Source of the DNA: an uncultured Candidatus Saccharibacteria bacterium
GTDB lineage: Bacteria; Patescibacteriota; Saccharimonadia; CAILAD01; JADZBC01
Direction: 5' to 3'
NCBI GenBank assembly: GCA_964413715.1
Contig: CAYPSN010000002.1
Span: 66,850 to 119,874, forward strand
Length of the DNA: 53,025 bases
The notes beneath the pieces were generated by a model, which saw nothing but the letters and a program-made list of their open reading frames with translations, searched no databases and was not told the origin of the DNA. The first letter of the stretch is position 1, and every line of letters begins with the position of its first letter. Below are positions 8,506 through 17,919 of this stretch, piece by piece. The translations under genes and the position numbers were made by a program.

Positions 8506-10038
8506 TTATTTCCAGGACCAGGTGCTTTCTAAGGTGGAGACGGCGTTTTTAGTAAACTCGTCGTTCGATGACATATTAATTTCAAAACTCGTTATCGTGT
8601 CGCTATCAAGCTTGTATTTACTGTTTTTCAGTACGACCACTATCATTGTTTTATTCTGTGGCGCTTCTGTAGTACCGGCATTAAAGACTACCTCTTGTGC
8701 ATCAAAGCCACCGAGAGTAATTTTGCGCTCCGACACCGTGTTGGCAGCCGTAACTTTGTTTGCCTCCTTGGAAGCCGCTACTGCTTTATCTAGACTATCA
8801 ACTTTTGTTATCGATGGCAGCACAGCAATCGTACTTACACCTTGCGAACCAAATGTAGCATCAACTTTACACGCTGAATCATCGGTAGTTACGGTATTGT
8901 CGGTCGGGAGGGCAAATTCAAAACACTTCTTTACAACCGCTACGTAGCCGTCGGGCACAGTAATAGTGGCTTCGAGATTTGCCGAGTCAGACTGCTGTTG
9001 CTCACCCGAAAGCGAATCAGCTGGTACTTCCGTAACCGGTTTTCTACCAAGAATAAGAGCCAAAATAACGATGCCAAAAATCAAAACTGCTGCGCCAATT
9101 CCGACGGCCATTAACACGCCTTTGCCACCTTTGCCGCCAGAACTAGGCGTTGCGGCCATGAGAGCAGGATCGCTATAAGGATCAACTGCAGCTGCTTGAC
9201 CAGCATTTGGATCATCAAGCATGGATTGCAAAGTTGGATCAGTAGCAGCTTGCGGCACCTGGCCATCCATTCCTGGCGCCAACGGTGCACCCGTTACAGG
9301 ATCAATTGCTGTTTGCTCAACTGCGGGCGCAGGCATGGGTTCGGGCATAGCCGGTGCAGCTGGCATAGGTGCAGACTCAGGAGCGATTGGAGCCACAACT
9401 GGCTCGGGCTGAGCTACAGGGGCTTCCGTGGCCATAGGAACGGCCGGTACTGCAGAAGCGTCCATCTCGAGAGGATTAGGAGGCAATGGCTCTGGCGCAG
9501 CTGGGTATGACGTAGCTGGAGCTCCAACGCCAGTATCTTGGCTAGGATCATATGCCTGTGTTGCAGCCGGAGCCGGCATTGCATTTGCAGCGGCATCAGG
9601 CACTACGGGTGCAGCTGGCGCTACTGGTTGGCCTGGAGTAACTGGCACAGCTGGGTCTGGCATAGTTGGCGTTGGCGCTACTGCTTGGCCCGGCATAGCC
9701 TGACTATCGCCAGCCAAAGGTGCTGCGACTGGCGCAGCTTGCACGCTAGGATTCGTAAAGCCCGCCATTGGGTCAGGATTCTCGGCAGCCATATGCGCAT
9801 CAACCACTGCATCGGCTGGATTAGCGGCAGGCGCTGCTGCAGGAGATGCTGGGGCAGCAGGTGGAGTCAATTGGGCGTTTAAAGCGTCTTGGAGGGCTGA
9901 GCCCCCAGAAGCAGCAGGCGCTGTAGGCGCTGGCGTGGCCGCATACGTTGGCGGTATTTGGGCGTCTAGATTAGCTGGCTGGCTCGCACCGTCAGCTGGA
10001 GCATTATTCAATGGAGATTGTGGATCTTGTGGAGTCAT
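8506..10038 (-). CDS. Pro/Ala-rich membrane-anchored protein
   Basis: About 300 aa of P/A low complexity, one TM (GVLMAVGIGAAVLIFGIVILALILG), then a roughly 170-aa globular C-terminal region. Confidence 0.6.
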   Translation of the reverse strand: MTPQDPQSPLNNAPADGASQPANLDAQIPPTYAATPAPTAPAASGGSALQDALNAQLTPPAAPASPAAAPAANPADAVVDAHMAAENPDPMAGFTNPSVQAAPVAAPLAGDSQAMPGQAVAPTPTMPDPAVPVTPGQPVAPAAPVVPDAAANAMPAPAATQAYDPSQDTGVGAPATSYPAAPEPLPPNPLEMDASAVPAVPMATEAPVAQPEPVVAPIAPESAPMPAAPAMPEPMPAPAVEQTAIDPVTGAPLAPGMDGQVPQAATDPTLQSMLDDPNAGQAAAVDPYSDPALMAATPSSGGKGGKGVLMAVGIGAAVLIFGIVILALILGRKPVTEVPADSLSGEQQQSDSANLEATITVPDGYVAVVKKCFEFALPTDNTVTTDDSACKVDATFGSQGVSTIAVLPSITKVDSLDKAVAASKEANKVTAANTVSERKITLGGFDAQEVVFNAGTTEAPQNKTMIVVVLKNSKYKLDSDTITSFEINMSSNDEFTKNAVSTLESTWSWK

Positions 10039-10097
10039 AATACGTAATGTTTAACCCAAGTATAGCAACTTTCGACTTCGAGTACAAAAAACTTATG

Positions 10098-10985
10098 CTA
10101 GTGCTCGAGCAAATAACGATCGTAGCGCGACCACTCTCCGCCTAACAGGTACATTGCCAGTTCTGTAGCCAAATGAACCGTCTTGAGCTGCTCATCGCGA
10201 GCAGGATTTACTTCGACTACGTCAATCGCTACAGGTTTAAGTAGAGCCAGTTTCCTACATAAATAACTCACCTCGCGAAAGCTCAAACCGCCCTGGTTAA
10301 TAATCCCGGTACCTGGTGCCTCAGTCTCATCTATAGCATCAATGTCCAGGGCCACATGTACAGGCCGGCCACCAACCAACTTATTCACCTCTTCCAGGGC
10401 GTAGGATATTCCCCGCTCAATAATTGCATCCATGCTCACTACGCGAATACCTTTGTGCTGCAGATACTCAGCCTCGTGTGCGTCAATGTCTTTTGCCCCG
10501 ATAATTATGACTTCATCTGTTCCGTAGTGCGGTCCGCCAAATTCGTCATACAACGCATCGCCCAAGACAGTACTCAATGGCATGCCGTGCAGATTGCCAG
10601 TGAGCGTTTCGTCGGGGTTCGAGCAGTCAGGATGAGCGTCGATATACACCACACAAGCATCGGCAAAGCGCTGCTTGGTAGCAAACATACTACCAAAGCC
10701 CACGGCATGGTCGCCGCCCAGCGTCAAAGCCACATCACCTGACTGAGTGTGTTGAAGAATTTGCGCACGCAATTCCTTGTTAAATTCAACGACTGCATCA
10801 TAATTACGCAGCCTACCCTTACTGGTCGGCTCGTGACGCACCTCAACTGGCTCAAGCACTTCTGCCTCTAGCGAATTGTGCTGCAGGGCATGCAGTAAAC
10901 TTTCGTGCAAAATCGCTGCTGGGCCTTGCTCTACCCCATCGCTATAACTTCCTAGTGCCAATGGTGCTGGAAATATCTTTAACAT
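10098..10985 (-). CDS. Arginase/agmatinase/formiminoglutamase family hydrolase
   Basis: Metal-binding motifs GGDHAVGFG, DAHPD, ALDIDAID. Confidence 0.8.
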   Translation of the reverse strand: MLKIFPAPLALGSYSDGVEQGPAAILHESLLHALQHNSLEAEVLEPVEVRHEPTSKGRLRNYDAVVEFNKELRAQILQHTQSGDVALTLGGDHAVGFGSMFATKQRFADACVVYIDAHPDCSNPDETLTGNLHGMPLSTVLGDALYDEFGGPHYGTDEVIIIGAKDIDAHEAEYLQHKGIRVVSMDAIIERGISYALEEVNKLVGGRPVHVALDIDAIDETEAPGTGIINQGGLSFREVSYLCRKLALLKPVAIDVVEVNPARDEQLKTVHLATELAMYLLGGEWSRYDRYLLEH

Positions 10986-11021
10986 CGCTGCTCATTATAC
11001 GCCCGTAAGCCACCATAACCA

Positions 11022-12362
11022 ATGATGTATAATACAGACATGATTAAGCAAATAAAAAACACCCTTCGCCCTCTTGTACCCCGCGAAGCACTCAACAAAT
11101 ATCACTACCCCGAAGCTCGCCTAGCCCAGTTTAAACACAAAAATCCTTCTGAAAAGATGGTGATTATTGGCGTAGTCGGCTCCAAAGGCAAAACCACAAC
11201 TGCCAACATGATTTGGGCTGCCCTCAGCGCCGACGGCAGCAAGGTTGGTCAAATCGGCACGGCCAACATTCGCATCGGCGAGCGCGAAGAACTTAACCGC
11301 CACCACATGACCATGCCTGGCGCATTTATTCTGCAGGGCTACCTCAAGCGCATGCTCGCTGCACGCTGTAAGTACGTAGTTATGGAAGTGCCGAGCGAGG
11401 GCCAAACGCAATACCGCCACGTTGGCATCAACTTCGACGTACTCGTGTTTACCAACGTAACGCGCGAAATTATGGCAGCGCACCGCAACAGTATGGAGAT
11501 TCTCCACCAGCACAACAAGCGGGTGTTTGTACAGATGGCTCGATCCAAACACAAAATCTTAGGTGGCAAAAAAATTCCCAAAATCATTGTTTTTAATGCT
11601 GATGCTCACGATGCCCCTGCCTACTCTGGCTTTAAGGCTGATCAAAAAATCAGCTACAGTGTTAAATCCAATAGTGACTATAAGGCTGTTGACGTAACGT
11701 CCAACGCGAAAGGCATCGACTTTAAAGTCAACGGCCATCCTTATCACCTGGGTATTCTCGGTACCATTAATGTTAGTAATGCTGCTGGTGCTATCGCCAC
11801 CGCTTTTGCTCTTGGCAAAGACGGCAGCGCGATAGCTAAGGGCCTCTCGGGCTTGCAGGTTATTCCGGGCCGCATGGAAGTTATTAATGAAGGCCAGGAC
11901 TTTACCGTAATCGTTGACTACGCCCACGAACAAGTCAGTATGCAAGCACTCATGGACGGTGCAGCAGCAATGAAGCCGAAGGGAGCTAAAATCATCACCC
12001 TACTCGGTGCCGAAGGTGGCGGCCGAGACGTAGAAAAACGCCCCGAAATGGGCGCAATTGCAGCAAAAGGTTCGGACAGCATAATTATTTGTAACGTCGA
12101 CCCCTACAACGACAGGCCGATGCAAATTATCGAAGATATCGCCAAGGGAGCCGAAGAAGTTGGCGCCAAAATCGGCAAGAACATGTACTGTATCGAAGAC
12201 CGCCGCAAAGCCATTGCCAAGGCACTTAAGTTAGCCAAAAAGAACGACATTGTACTGATTACCGGCAAAGGCAGCGAGCAGTCCATGGTGATCGGTAGTA
12301 AAACAATCCCCTGGGACGACCGTGATGTTGTGCGCGAAGAGCTTAAAAAACTAAGTAAATAA
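11022..12362 (+). CDS. Mur ligase family protein (MurE-like)
   Basis: P-loop GVVGSKGKTTT, VDYAHE motif, C-terminal Mur-ligase-like region. 446 aa. Confidence 0.7.
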   Translation: MMYNTDMIKQIKNTLRPLVPREALNKYHYPEARLAQFKHKNPSEKMVIIGVVGSKGKTTTANMIWAALSADGSKVGQIGTANIRIGEREELNRHHMTMPGAFILQGYLKRMLAARCKYVVMEVPSEGQTQYRHVGINFDVLVFTNVTREIMAAHRNSMEILHQHNKRVFVQMARSKHKILGGKKIPKIIVFNADAHDAPAYSGFKADQKISYSVKSNSDYKAVDVTSNAKGIDFKVNGHPYHLGILGTINVSNAAGAIATAFALGKDGSAIAKGLSGLQVIPGRMEVINEGQDFTVIVDYAHEQVSMQALMDGAAAMKPKGAKIITLLGAEGGGRDVEKRPEMGAIAAKGSDSIIICNVDPYNDRPMQIIEDIAKGAEEVGAKIGKNMYCIEDRRKAIAKALKLAKKNDIVLITGKGSEQSMVIGSKTIPWDDRDVVREELKKLSK

Positions 12363-12367
12363 ATTCT

Positions 12368-12739
12368 ATGGCATTACCCACCCCTCCTAAAGAAGCAATC
12401 TTTTACGAGGATAATTACGTTTATGCGTGCTTGGCTTCACATCCCCTAGCAGACGGCCACTCGGTAGTCGTTTGGAAGGAGCATAAACAAGACCTAAGCG
12501 AACTTAACAAAACTGAATATACGCACCTTATGAATGTCGTTGACCAAGTACGCAACGCCCTTATAAGCACCCTCGCTGTTGAGAAGGTGTATTTGATGTA
12601 CCTAGATGAGGTAAAGCATGTCCACTGGCACCTGATCCCAGCGCACAATCACGACGGCTTCAACGTGCTACAACACAAACCAGCCGAGCTTAAAGACTTT
12701 AGTATGGTTAAAGATATTTACGAGGAACTTAAGAAGTAG
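12368..12739 (+). CDS. HIT (histidine triad) family protein
   Basis: HVHWHLIP histidine triad. 123 aa. Confidence 0.85.
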   Translation: MALPTPPKEAIFYEDNYVYACLASHPLADGHSVVVWKEHKQDLSELNKTEYTHLMNVVDQVRNALISTLAVEKVYLMYLDEVKHVHWHLIPAHNHDGFNVLQHKPAELKDFSMVKDIYEELKK

Positions 12740-12822
12740 TAAATCCATAAAGCGGCAAAGCCCCAAGTCCACTATTAAGTCTATCTACAAAAGGACCGAA
12801 TCATTACTCTCGTTTTACAAGC

Positions 12823-12850
12823 TTGACATTTATATTTTTTATGCTAATAT
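12823..12850 (+). promoter_or_regulatory. Sigma70-type promoter driving a GC-rich ORF
   Basis: TTGACA 12823-12828, 16-nt spacer, TAATAT 12845-12850. AAGGAG RBS before GTG 12893. Confidence 0.6.
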
Positions 12851-12892
12851 AAATATGTTTCTAAAACCTGATCGACAACCCAAGGAGTAGCC

Positions 12893-13429
12893 GTGCCTAC
12901 CCGCACCGTCACAGACAAGACCCTCGCCACGACCTTCATCAAGGAGGTCATCGACGAGCAAGCAGGCAACCTGACTCAGCTGCATATCTGGCCGAGTGAC
13001 GCCGATCGGCGCAAGAAGCGCTGCCGTCGTCACGTCGAGACCGAACTCGTGGCGTTCGCCCGTCTCGTCGCCGCCATGGCGATGAAGGCGCCGGCGCAAC
13101 GTCCCGACTTCAACAGCCGTACCTGGCAGAACGACTGGGCCAACGGCGCAGTCGATGCCATCAAGGCAGCTGGCTACGACCAGCTCGAGGACCAGACCGT
13201 CAAGACGATCATGCGTCGCTTCCCACGTCGCGTCACCGCCGAGGCGAGCTGGATCAAGATCAGCCTCCTCAAGATCGCTTCGTACACCGCGCAGGTGGCA
13301 AGGATGATCGAGCTTGGTCTTCCGCCGGAGATGCTACTCATGAGTCACGAACAGGCTCAGCTGCACATGATGGAGATGGCCTTGTCGATCCACAACAACG
13401 GTGGAAAAGTCGCGATCGTCGCGGCTTAG
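12893..13429 (+). CDS. GC-rich hypothetical protein (178 aa)
   Basis: GTG start 6 nt after AAGGAG. High GC3. No recognisable motif. Confidence 0.55.
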   Translation: MPTRTVTDKTLATTFIKEVIDEQAGNLTQLHIWPSDADRRKKRCRRHVETELVAFARLVAAMAMKAPAQRPDFNSRTWQNDWANGAVDAIKAAGYDQLEDQTVKTIMRRFPRRVTAEASWIKISLLKIASYTAQVARMIELGLPPEMLLMSHEQAQLHMMEMALSIHNNGGKVAIVAA

Positions 13430-13436
13430 CCCCTCG

Positions 13437-13488
13437 CCCCCGTCCGGGCATCAACGCATTACAAAAATGCGAAGAGCCCGGACGGGGG
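13437..13488 (+). terminator. Long GC hairpin terminator
   Basis: CCCCCGTCCGGGC (13437-13449) pairs with GCCCGGACGGGGG (13476-13488), inner GCATT/AATGC helix, then CTCTTCGTTT. Confidence 0.6.
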
Positions 13489-13507
13489 CTCTTCGTTTAA
13501 GTGAAGA

Positions 13508-14413
13508 CTAATTGCGCTTACTTAAAGCCAACTGTGAATCCTTAACCGCGACAGGACACATACCTTCGTGCTTGGCTTCGCAATCTTCGCAGCAGATGAA
13601 TAATTGGTGACAATCTGGCTTAGTGCAATCAATGTAGCGATCGCTTGGCTTACCGCAGTGTTCGCAAGTTGCGAGTACTTTATTCCCCGCCTCGGTATCT
13701 GGGGCCAACGTCAAACGATCATCAAACACAAAGTTCTTGCCTTCGAAGTATCCATTGGGGAACTTCTCGAGGTACTTTACAATTCCACCTTCTAGCTGAT
13801 ATACGTCCTCGACGCCCTGTTCCTTCAACAAGATGCTGGCTTTTTCGCAGCGAATGCCGCCAGTGCAGTATGTGACTGCCTTGGCGCCCTTTGGAATCTT
13901 CACGTTCTTTACCTTCTCGGGCAATTCGTAAAACTTATCCGTCTTTGGCTGAATTGCATCCTTGAACCTGCCTACTTTGTACTCATAATCATTACGCATA
14001 TCGACCAGGACCATGTTCTCGCCCTTCTCAAACATCTCGTGGAGTTCTTCTGGCTTCAGATACGCAGCGGTCTTGCTCATATCCACTTCCCTACCCAGGG
14101 TAACAATCTCATCACGCTTTTTAACAATCAGCTTATGGAATGGCATACGGGGAGCTGGGCTCCACTTAAACACAATGTCGTTAAACTGTGGATGGGCATT
14201 CATGTAGCGAATGTATTCCTTCAACTGAGCGCGCGTGCCAGCTACGGTGCCATTTATGCCTTCTTCAGCTATCAAGATTCTGCCCAATATACCAATTCCC
14301 TTGCACACAAGCTTGTGTTGCGCGGCTTCGAATTCTGGATTCGGCACCTGAACAAACTTGTAGTACAAAAGTACAAAGATTGGCTTAGGATTTGGCTGTT
14401 TTTGCTTCGTCAT
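13508..14413 (-). CDS. trhO: Rhodanese-domain tRNA uridine(34) hydroxylase (UPF0176/YceA family)
   Basis: Rhodanese active-site loop CTGGIRCEKA, C-terminal Cys cluster. Start moved to MTKQKQ (ATG 14413). Confidence 0.8.
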   Translation of the reverse strand: MTKQKQPNPKPIFVLLYYKFVQVPNPEFEAAQHKLVCKGIGILGRILIAEEGINGTVAGTRAQLKEYIRYMNAHPQFNDIVFKWSPAPRMPFHKLIVKKRDEIVTLGREVDMSKTAAYLKPEELHEMFEKGENMVLVDMRNDYEYKVGRFKDAIQPKTDKFYELPEKVKNVKIPKGAKAVTYCTGGIRCEKASILLKEQGVEDVYQLEGGIVKYLEKFPNGYFEGKNFVFDDRLTLAPDTEAGNKVLATCEHCGKPSDRYIDCTKPDCHQLFICCEDCEAKHEGMCPVAVKDSQLALSKRN

Positions 14414-14500
14414 ATCAGATGAAATTATAGCCGAATCAGGGTAATATTTCCAGTCGGGTGTATAATGATAGCGCAGACACCCCGACCGAAAGGACTGCGC

Positions 14501-14752
14501 ATGAAAGTTTGGATCGACCAAGATATGTGCACCGGAGATGGCCTGTGCACCGAGATCGCACCAGAGATCTTCGTGATGGGAGACGATGGCCTGGCCTACG
14601 TCAAGGACGCCACGGGCACCTACGACGGCCACGACGAAGCTCATCCGCCCGGGCAGAAGGGCCTCGTCAACGTTCCTGCTGGCCAGGAGGATCTGGCCAT
14701 CGAGTCGTCTGAGGAGTGCCCTGGAGAGTGCATCTTCCTCGAGCCAGCCTGA
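14501..14752 (+). CDS. Small single-cluster ferredoxin, GC-rich cassette
   Basis: CTGDGLC...CPGECI cysteine pattern. ATG 14501 after GAAAGGA. TATAAT at 14461-14466. 83 aa. Confidence 0.8.
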   Translation: MKVWIDQDMCTGDGLCTEIAPEIFVMGDDGLAYVKDATGTYDGHDEAHPPGQKGLVNVPAGQEDLAIESSEECPGECIFLEPA

Positions 14753-14772
14753 ACGATCCTCTACTCCACCTA

Positions 14773-14805
14773 AGACCGATGTTCCTGCTCAGGGAACATC
14801 GGTCT
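14773..14805 (+). terminator. Intrinsic terminator after ferredoxin
   Basis: AGACCGATGTTCC-TGCTCAG-GGAACATCGGTCT followed by TTCACATTT. Confidence 0.7.
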
Positions 14806-14824
14806 TTCACATTTATTCAATTCA

Positions 14825-15256
14825 TTATCTGGAGTTTAGCGCCGCTACTACAATAATCGACAGCCACAACGCCTGAGAGAGTGTTATAGAAAATATCGAC
14901 CATGCCTTGTAACTATTCGGGGTATCCCAAAACGATTGACCGCTTAACTGCATAGTACGTTTACGCAAAGCATCTAAATTCAAGCCATTAACTGCCAGCA
15001 GTATCACCAAAGTCATCTTAACCTTAGTAAGTGGTTTAGTGAGATCAGGGCCAAGCATGGCGCCGCTTATCAGCATACCGACAAGACCTGTCCAAATAAG
15101 TGGTTGGGCCCACTTGGTAATTGCCAACATGCGCTCTCTGCCAATTTCACCTAGCAGCCAAAAGGCACCGATTAAATCAACGATCAGTACTGTGCCGTAG
15201 GCCAGTACTAGCGAGGCCATGTGGGCCAAAAAGAAAATCGTGCTCGTGCCATCCAT
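14825..15256 (-). CDS. Integral membrane protein, unknown function
   Basis: 143 aa with about four hydrophobic helices. Confidence 0.6.
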   Translation of the reverse strand: MDGTSTIFFLAHMASLVLAYGTVLIVDLIGAFWLLGEIGRERMLAITKWAQPLIWTGLVGMLISGAMLGPDLTKPLTKVKMTLVILLAVNGLNLDALRKRTMQLSGQSFWDTPNSYKAWSIFSITLSQALWLSIIVVAALNSR

Positions 15257-15300
15257 GCCTATAGTATGCTCCTTGGCTTGCGCTTATGCCAAGTAGAATT

Positions 15301-16119
15301 CTACCGAAGTCGATAGGTATTTTTTGTACGCCCCACAAAGCCTTCTTGCTCTAAGCCTGCAACGATTCTTTGTAAACGCTTCTTATCCTTCTCAAGGTGC
15401 TCTAAGTTAGCAAACAGTTTTGCTTGACTAAGTGGAGTGGCTAGCAGCTGCCTAAGCACTTCCCCGCGGATTTGCCTATCCGAGCCAGCGAACTTTGATT
15501 GCTTGGCATAGTGTTTGCTACGACGGTTGGGATTTGGCAGCTGAGTAGATAAATAACTCCCATAATCCATAAGCGCCCAATACCACTGGCGCGGCTGTTC
15601 ATGCTGCAAGGCCTGCTCAATGAGTGGCATCAGCTGCGCGTCTGCGACGTCCAGCCTGTCGGCGAAACAATGATGCAGAAACACTCTACGAATGTTGGTT
15701 TCAATGAATACAGTGGGCACATTGTAGGCAAAGGCCGCTATCGAGCCTGCTGTATTGGGGCCGATGCCTGGTAGTTTTTGCAACTGATCGGGGTCTTTAG
15801 GCAATTCACCGCCAAAGTCCTGCACAACCATATGCGCTGCACGCTGCAACCACAAGGCTCGACGGTTATATCCCAAGCCCTGCCATAGCCTCAGCACCTC
15901 GGCTTGCGGTGCTTCAGCAAGGGCTGCGAAATCAGGTAAAGCCTGCATGAATTCGCGGTATTTTGACACCACCCTATTAACTTGGGTTTGCTGCAGCATA
16001 ACCTCGCTTATAAAGATAGAATACGGGCTTGTGTCACTTCGCCATGGTAAATGATGTCGGCCATGCTCATCGTAATATAGTTGAGTAGCTTGCTTGAGCT
16101 GCTGAAGTTCCGGCTGCAT
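15301..16119 (-). CDS. HhH-GPD base-excision DNA glycosylase (MutY/EndoIII-like)
   Basis: VMLQQTQV, helix-hairpin-helix LPGIGPNTAGSIAAFA. No 4Fe-4S Cys cluster visible. Start moved to MQPELQQ (16119). Confidence 0.7.
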   Translation of the reverse strand: MQPELQQLKQATQLYYDEHGRHHLPWRSDTSPYSIFISEVMLQQTQVNRVVSKYREFMQALPDFAALAEAPQAEVLRLWQGLGYNRRALWLQRAAHMVVQDFGGELPKDPDQLQKLPGIGPNTAGSIAAFAYNVPTVFIETNIRRVFLHHCFADRLDVADAQLMPLIEQALQHEQPRQWYWALMDYGSYLSTQLPNPNRRSKHYAKQSKFAGSDRQIRGEVLRQLLATPLSQAKLFANLEHLEKDKKRLQRIVAGLEQEGFVGRTKNTYRLR

Positions 16120-16127
16120 GGCAAACC

Positions 16128-16853
16128 TTACGAATTTGTCCGCACCCGGCGCTCTTGTTTGCGCAAAAAACCTAGCCACGTCCAAAACGCCAAGTGATTT
16201 TTTGCCGAAGCCATGAAGTGACCAAGATACCTATTACGAATAACCTTGTGATGAATATGATGCGCCGCAAGCGCTTTCACAAGAATCTCTGTATTGCTTG
16301 GTAGTATGGTCGTATCTGCTTTGGAGTAGTAAAGCAGCACGGGACGCTTGCCGAGTTTATTAAGGCCTTCGGTCGCCTCGACAATTTTTAGTTCATTATA
16401 CATTCGCGCCTCTGTGTAGCTCCTTGTTTCATACAGTTTCTTAAAACCTACTGCATAAGGCGCATGCCATATGAACTCACTAGTACTACCACGAACAGTA
16501 TTGAGTACAACACCAGAAACTTCTGGCACTTGCTTTGTGACAGTCAAGGCAAGCTCCGAGCCCAAGCTATTACCAAAAGCAGCAAAATAACTAACCCCCT
16601 GCGCTTGAAAGCCAACAACATCAGACTGAACGTCTCGAATCAATTCTTTGACTTGGTCTACCAGGCCGCCATTATTACCGATTAGTATGTTATTCTCGGC
16701 CAGGCTGTATGCTACCACTCTGTATCCTGCCATGTTCATAATAAAGAACACGGGGCGATACACCCAAAAAGGCGTCTTCCATCCGCAGAAGTAAAAAACA
16801 ACCCCTCGTCTGGGTTTTCCATGGCACTGCTTAGTAAACGGGGCTGGCTGCAT
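16128..16853 (-). CDS. Alpha/beta-hydrolase-like protein
   Basis: GNSLG nucleophile-elbow-like motif. 241 aa. Confidence 0.5.
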   Translation of the reverse strand: MQPAPFTKQCHGKPRRGVVFYFCGWKTPFWVYRPVFFIMNMAGYRVVAYSLAENNILIGNNGGLVDQVKELIRDVQSDVVGFQAQGVSYFAAFGNSLGSELALTVTKQVPEVSGVVLNTVRGSTSEFIWHAPYAVGFKKLYETRSYTEARMYNELKIVEATEGLNKLGKRPVLLYYSKADTTILPSNTEILVKALAAHHIHHKVIRNRYLGHFMASAKNHLAFWTWLGFLRKQERRVRTNS

Positions 16854-16886
16854 AGCCCTATCATAGCATGAGAGTCTTAGCGGGCT

Positions 16887-17876
16887 CTAACCTTGCAATT
16901 CTGACTTTGTCCGCCAGGCAGCAACAATCGCCCGCGCAGCGTCGTGATCTTTGCAGTCCATAAGCTCAGCACGTAGTTCGGAAGCGTTTGGAAAACCATT
17001 TACGTATATTTTGAAAAACTTCTTGAGAGGCTCAAACCGCTTTGTTCCCTGCCAGGTTTTTTCGTGCAGATCTAAATGAAAACGTAAAATATCCATCAGC
17101 TCCTCACGGCTATGCGCACTCTGACCCTGCTCGAAAACAAAGATATTATGAAACACACCGCGACCTATCATAATTCCATCTACTCCCCACTGCTTAGCCA
17201 GCTGCTCGCCCTGCTTACGACTAAGCACGTCGCCATTGCCAACAATCACAGTTTCTGGCACGAGCTTATCGCGCAACTTAGCTACCTTGCCAATTTCATC
17301 CCAGTGGGCGGGCACCTTACTCATTTCTTTGGCAGTTCGGCCATGAATAGTGAGGGCCTGCAATTTATGACCCAACAGAAATTCGGCCCACTCCTCGGTC
17401 ATTATCTTCGAGATGCCAATCCGAGTCTTCACGCTAACTGGTAGCTTACCGCCACTGCCTTCCTGCACGGCACGAATAATTTCACCAGCGCGTTCATACT
17501 GGCCAATCATACCGGCGCCATTGCCACCTGCCACCACGTTGCGCTCCGGACAGCCCATGTTAATGTCGATGCCGGCAAAACCTAGCTTTACAAGCTCACC
17601 AGCCATTTTGTAATAATTCTCTGGATTCTTACCCCATATCTGCGCGATGAGTGGCTGCTCTACCTGGCTGTCCCAGCGCAATTTACGCCCCACCGAAACT
17701 TGACCAGGTGAAAAATAGCCGTCTACATTCGTAAATTCGGTAAAGAACAAATCAGGCTTCGCAGCCTTAGCAACGACTTGGCGAAACACCGTATCGCTCA
17801 CATCATCCAGTGGTGCGAGTACAAAAAAAGGCCTCACCAGCTCTGCCCATATGTTGTGTGGACTTTTTTTGTTCAT
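16887..17876 (-). CDS. dus: tRNA-dihydrouridine synthase
   Basis: APLDDVSDTVFRQ, DINMGCP (catalytic Cys), TIM-barrel FMN-type pattern. 329 aa. Confidence 0.85.
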   Translation of the reverse strand: MNKKSPHNIWAELVRPFFVLAPLDDVSDTVFRQVVAKAAKPDLFFTEFTNVDGYFSPGQVSVGRKLRWDSQVEQPLIAQIWGKNPENYYKMAGELVKLGFAGIDINMGCPERNVVAGGNGAGMIGQYERAGEIIRAVQEGSGGKLPVSVKTRIGISKIMTEEWAEFLLGHKLQALTIHGRTAKEMSKVPAHWDEIGKVAKLRDKLVPETVIVGNGDVLSRKQGEQLAKQWGVDGIMIGRGVFHNIFVFEQGQSAHSREELMDILRFHLDLHEKTWQGTKRFEPLKKFFKIYVNGFPNASELRAELMDCKDHDAARAIVAAWRTKSELQG

Positions 17877-17919
17877 AGCGCTATATTTTAGCGTTTTTAG
17901 CCTATAATGTTAAGTACTT

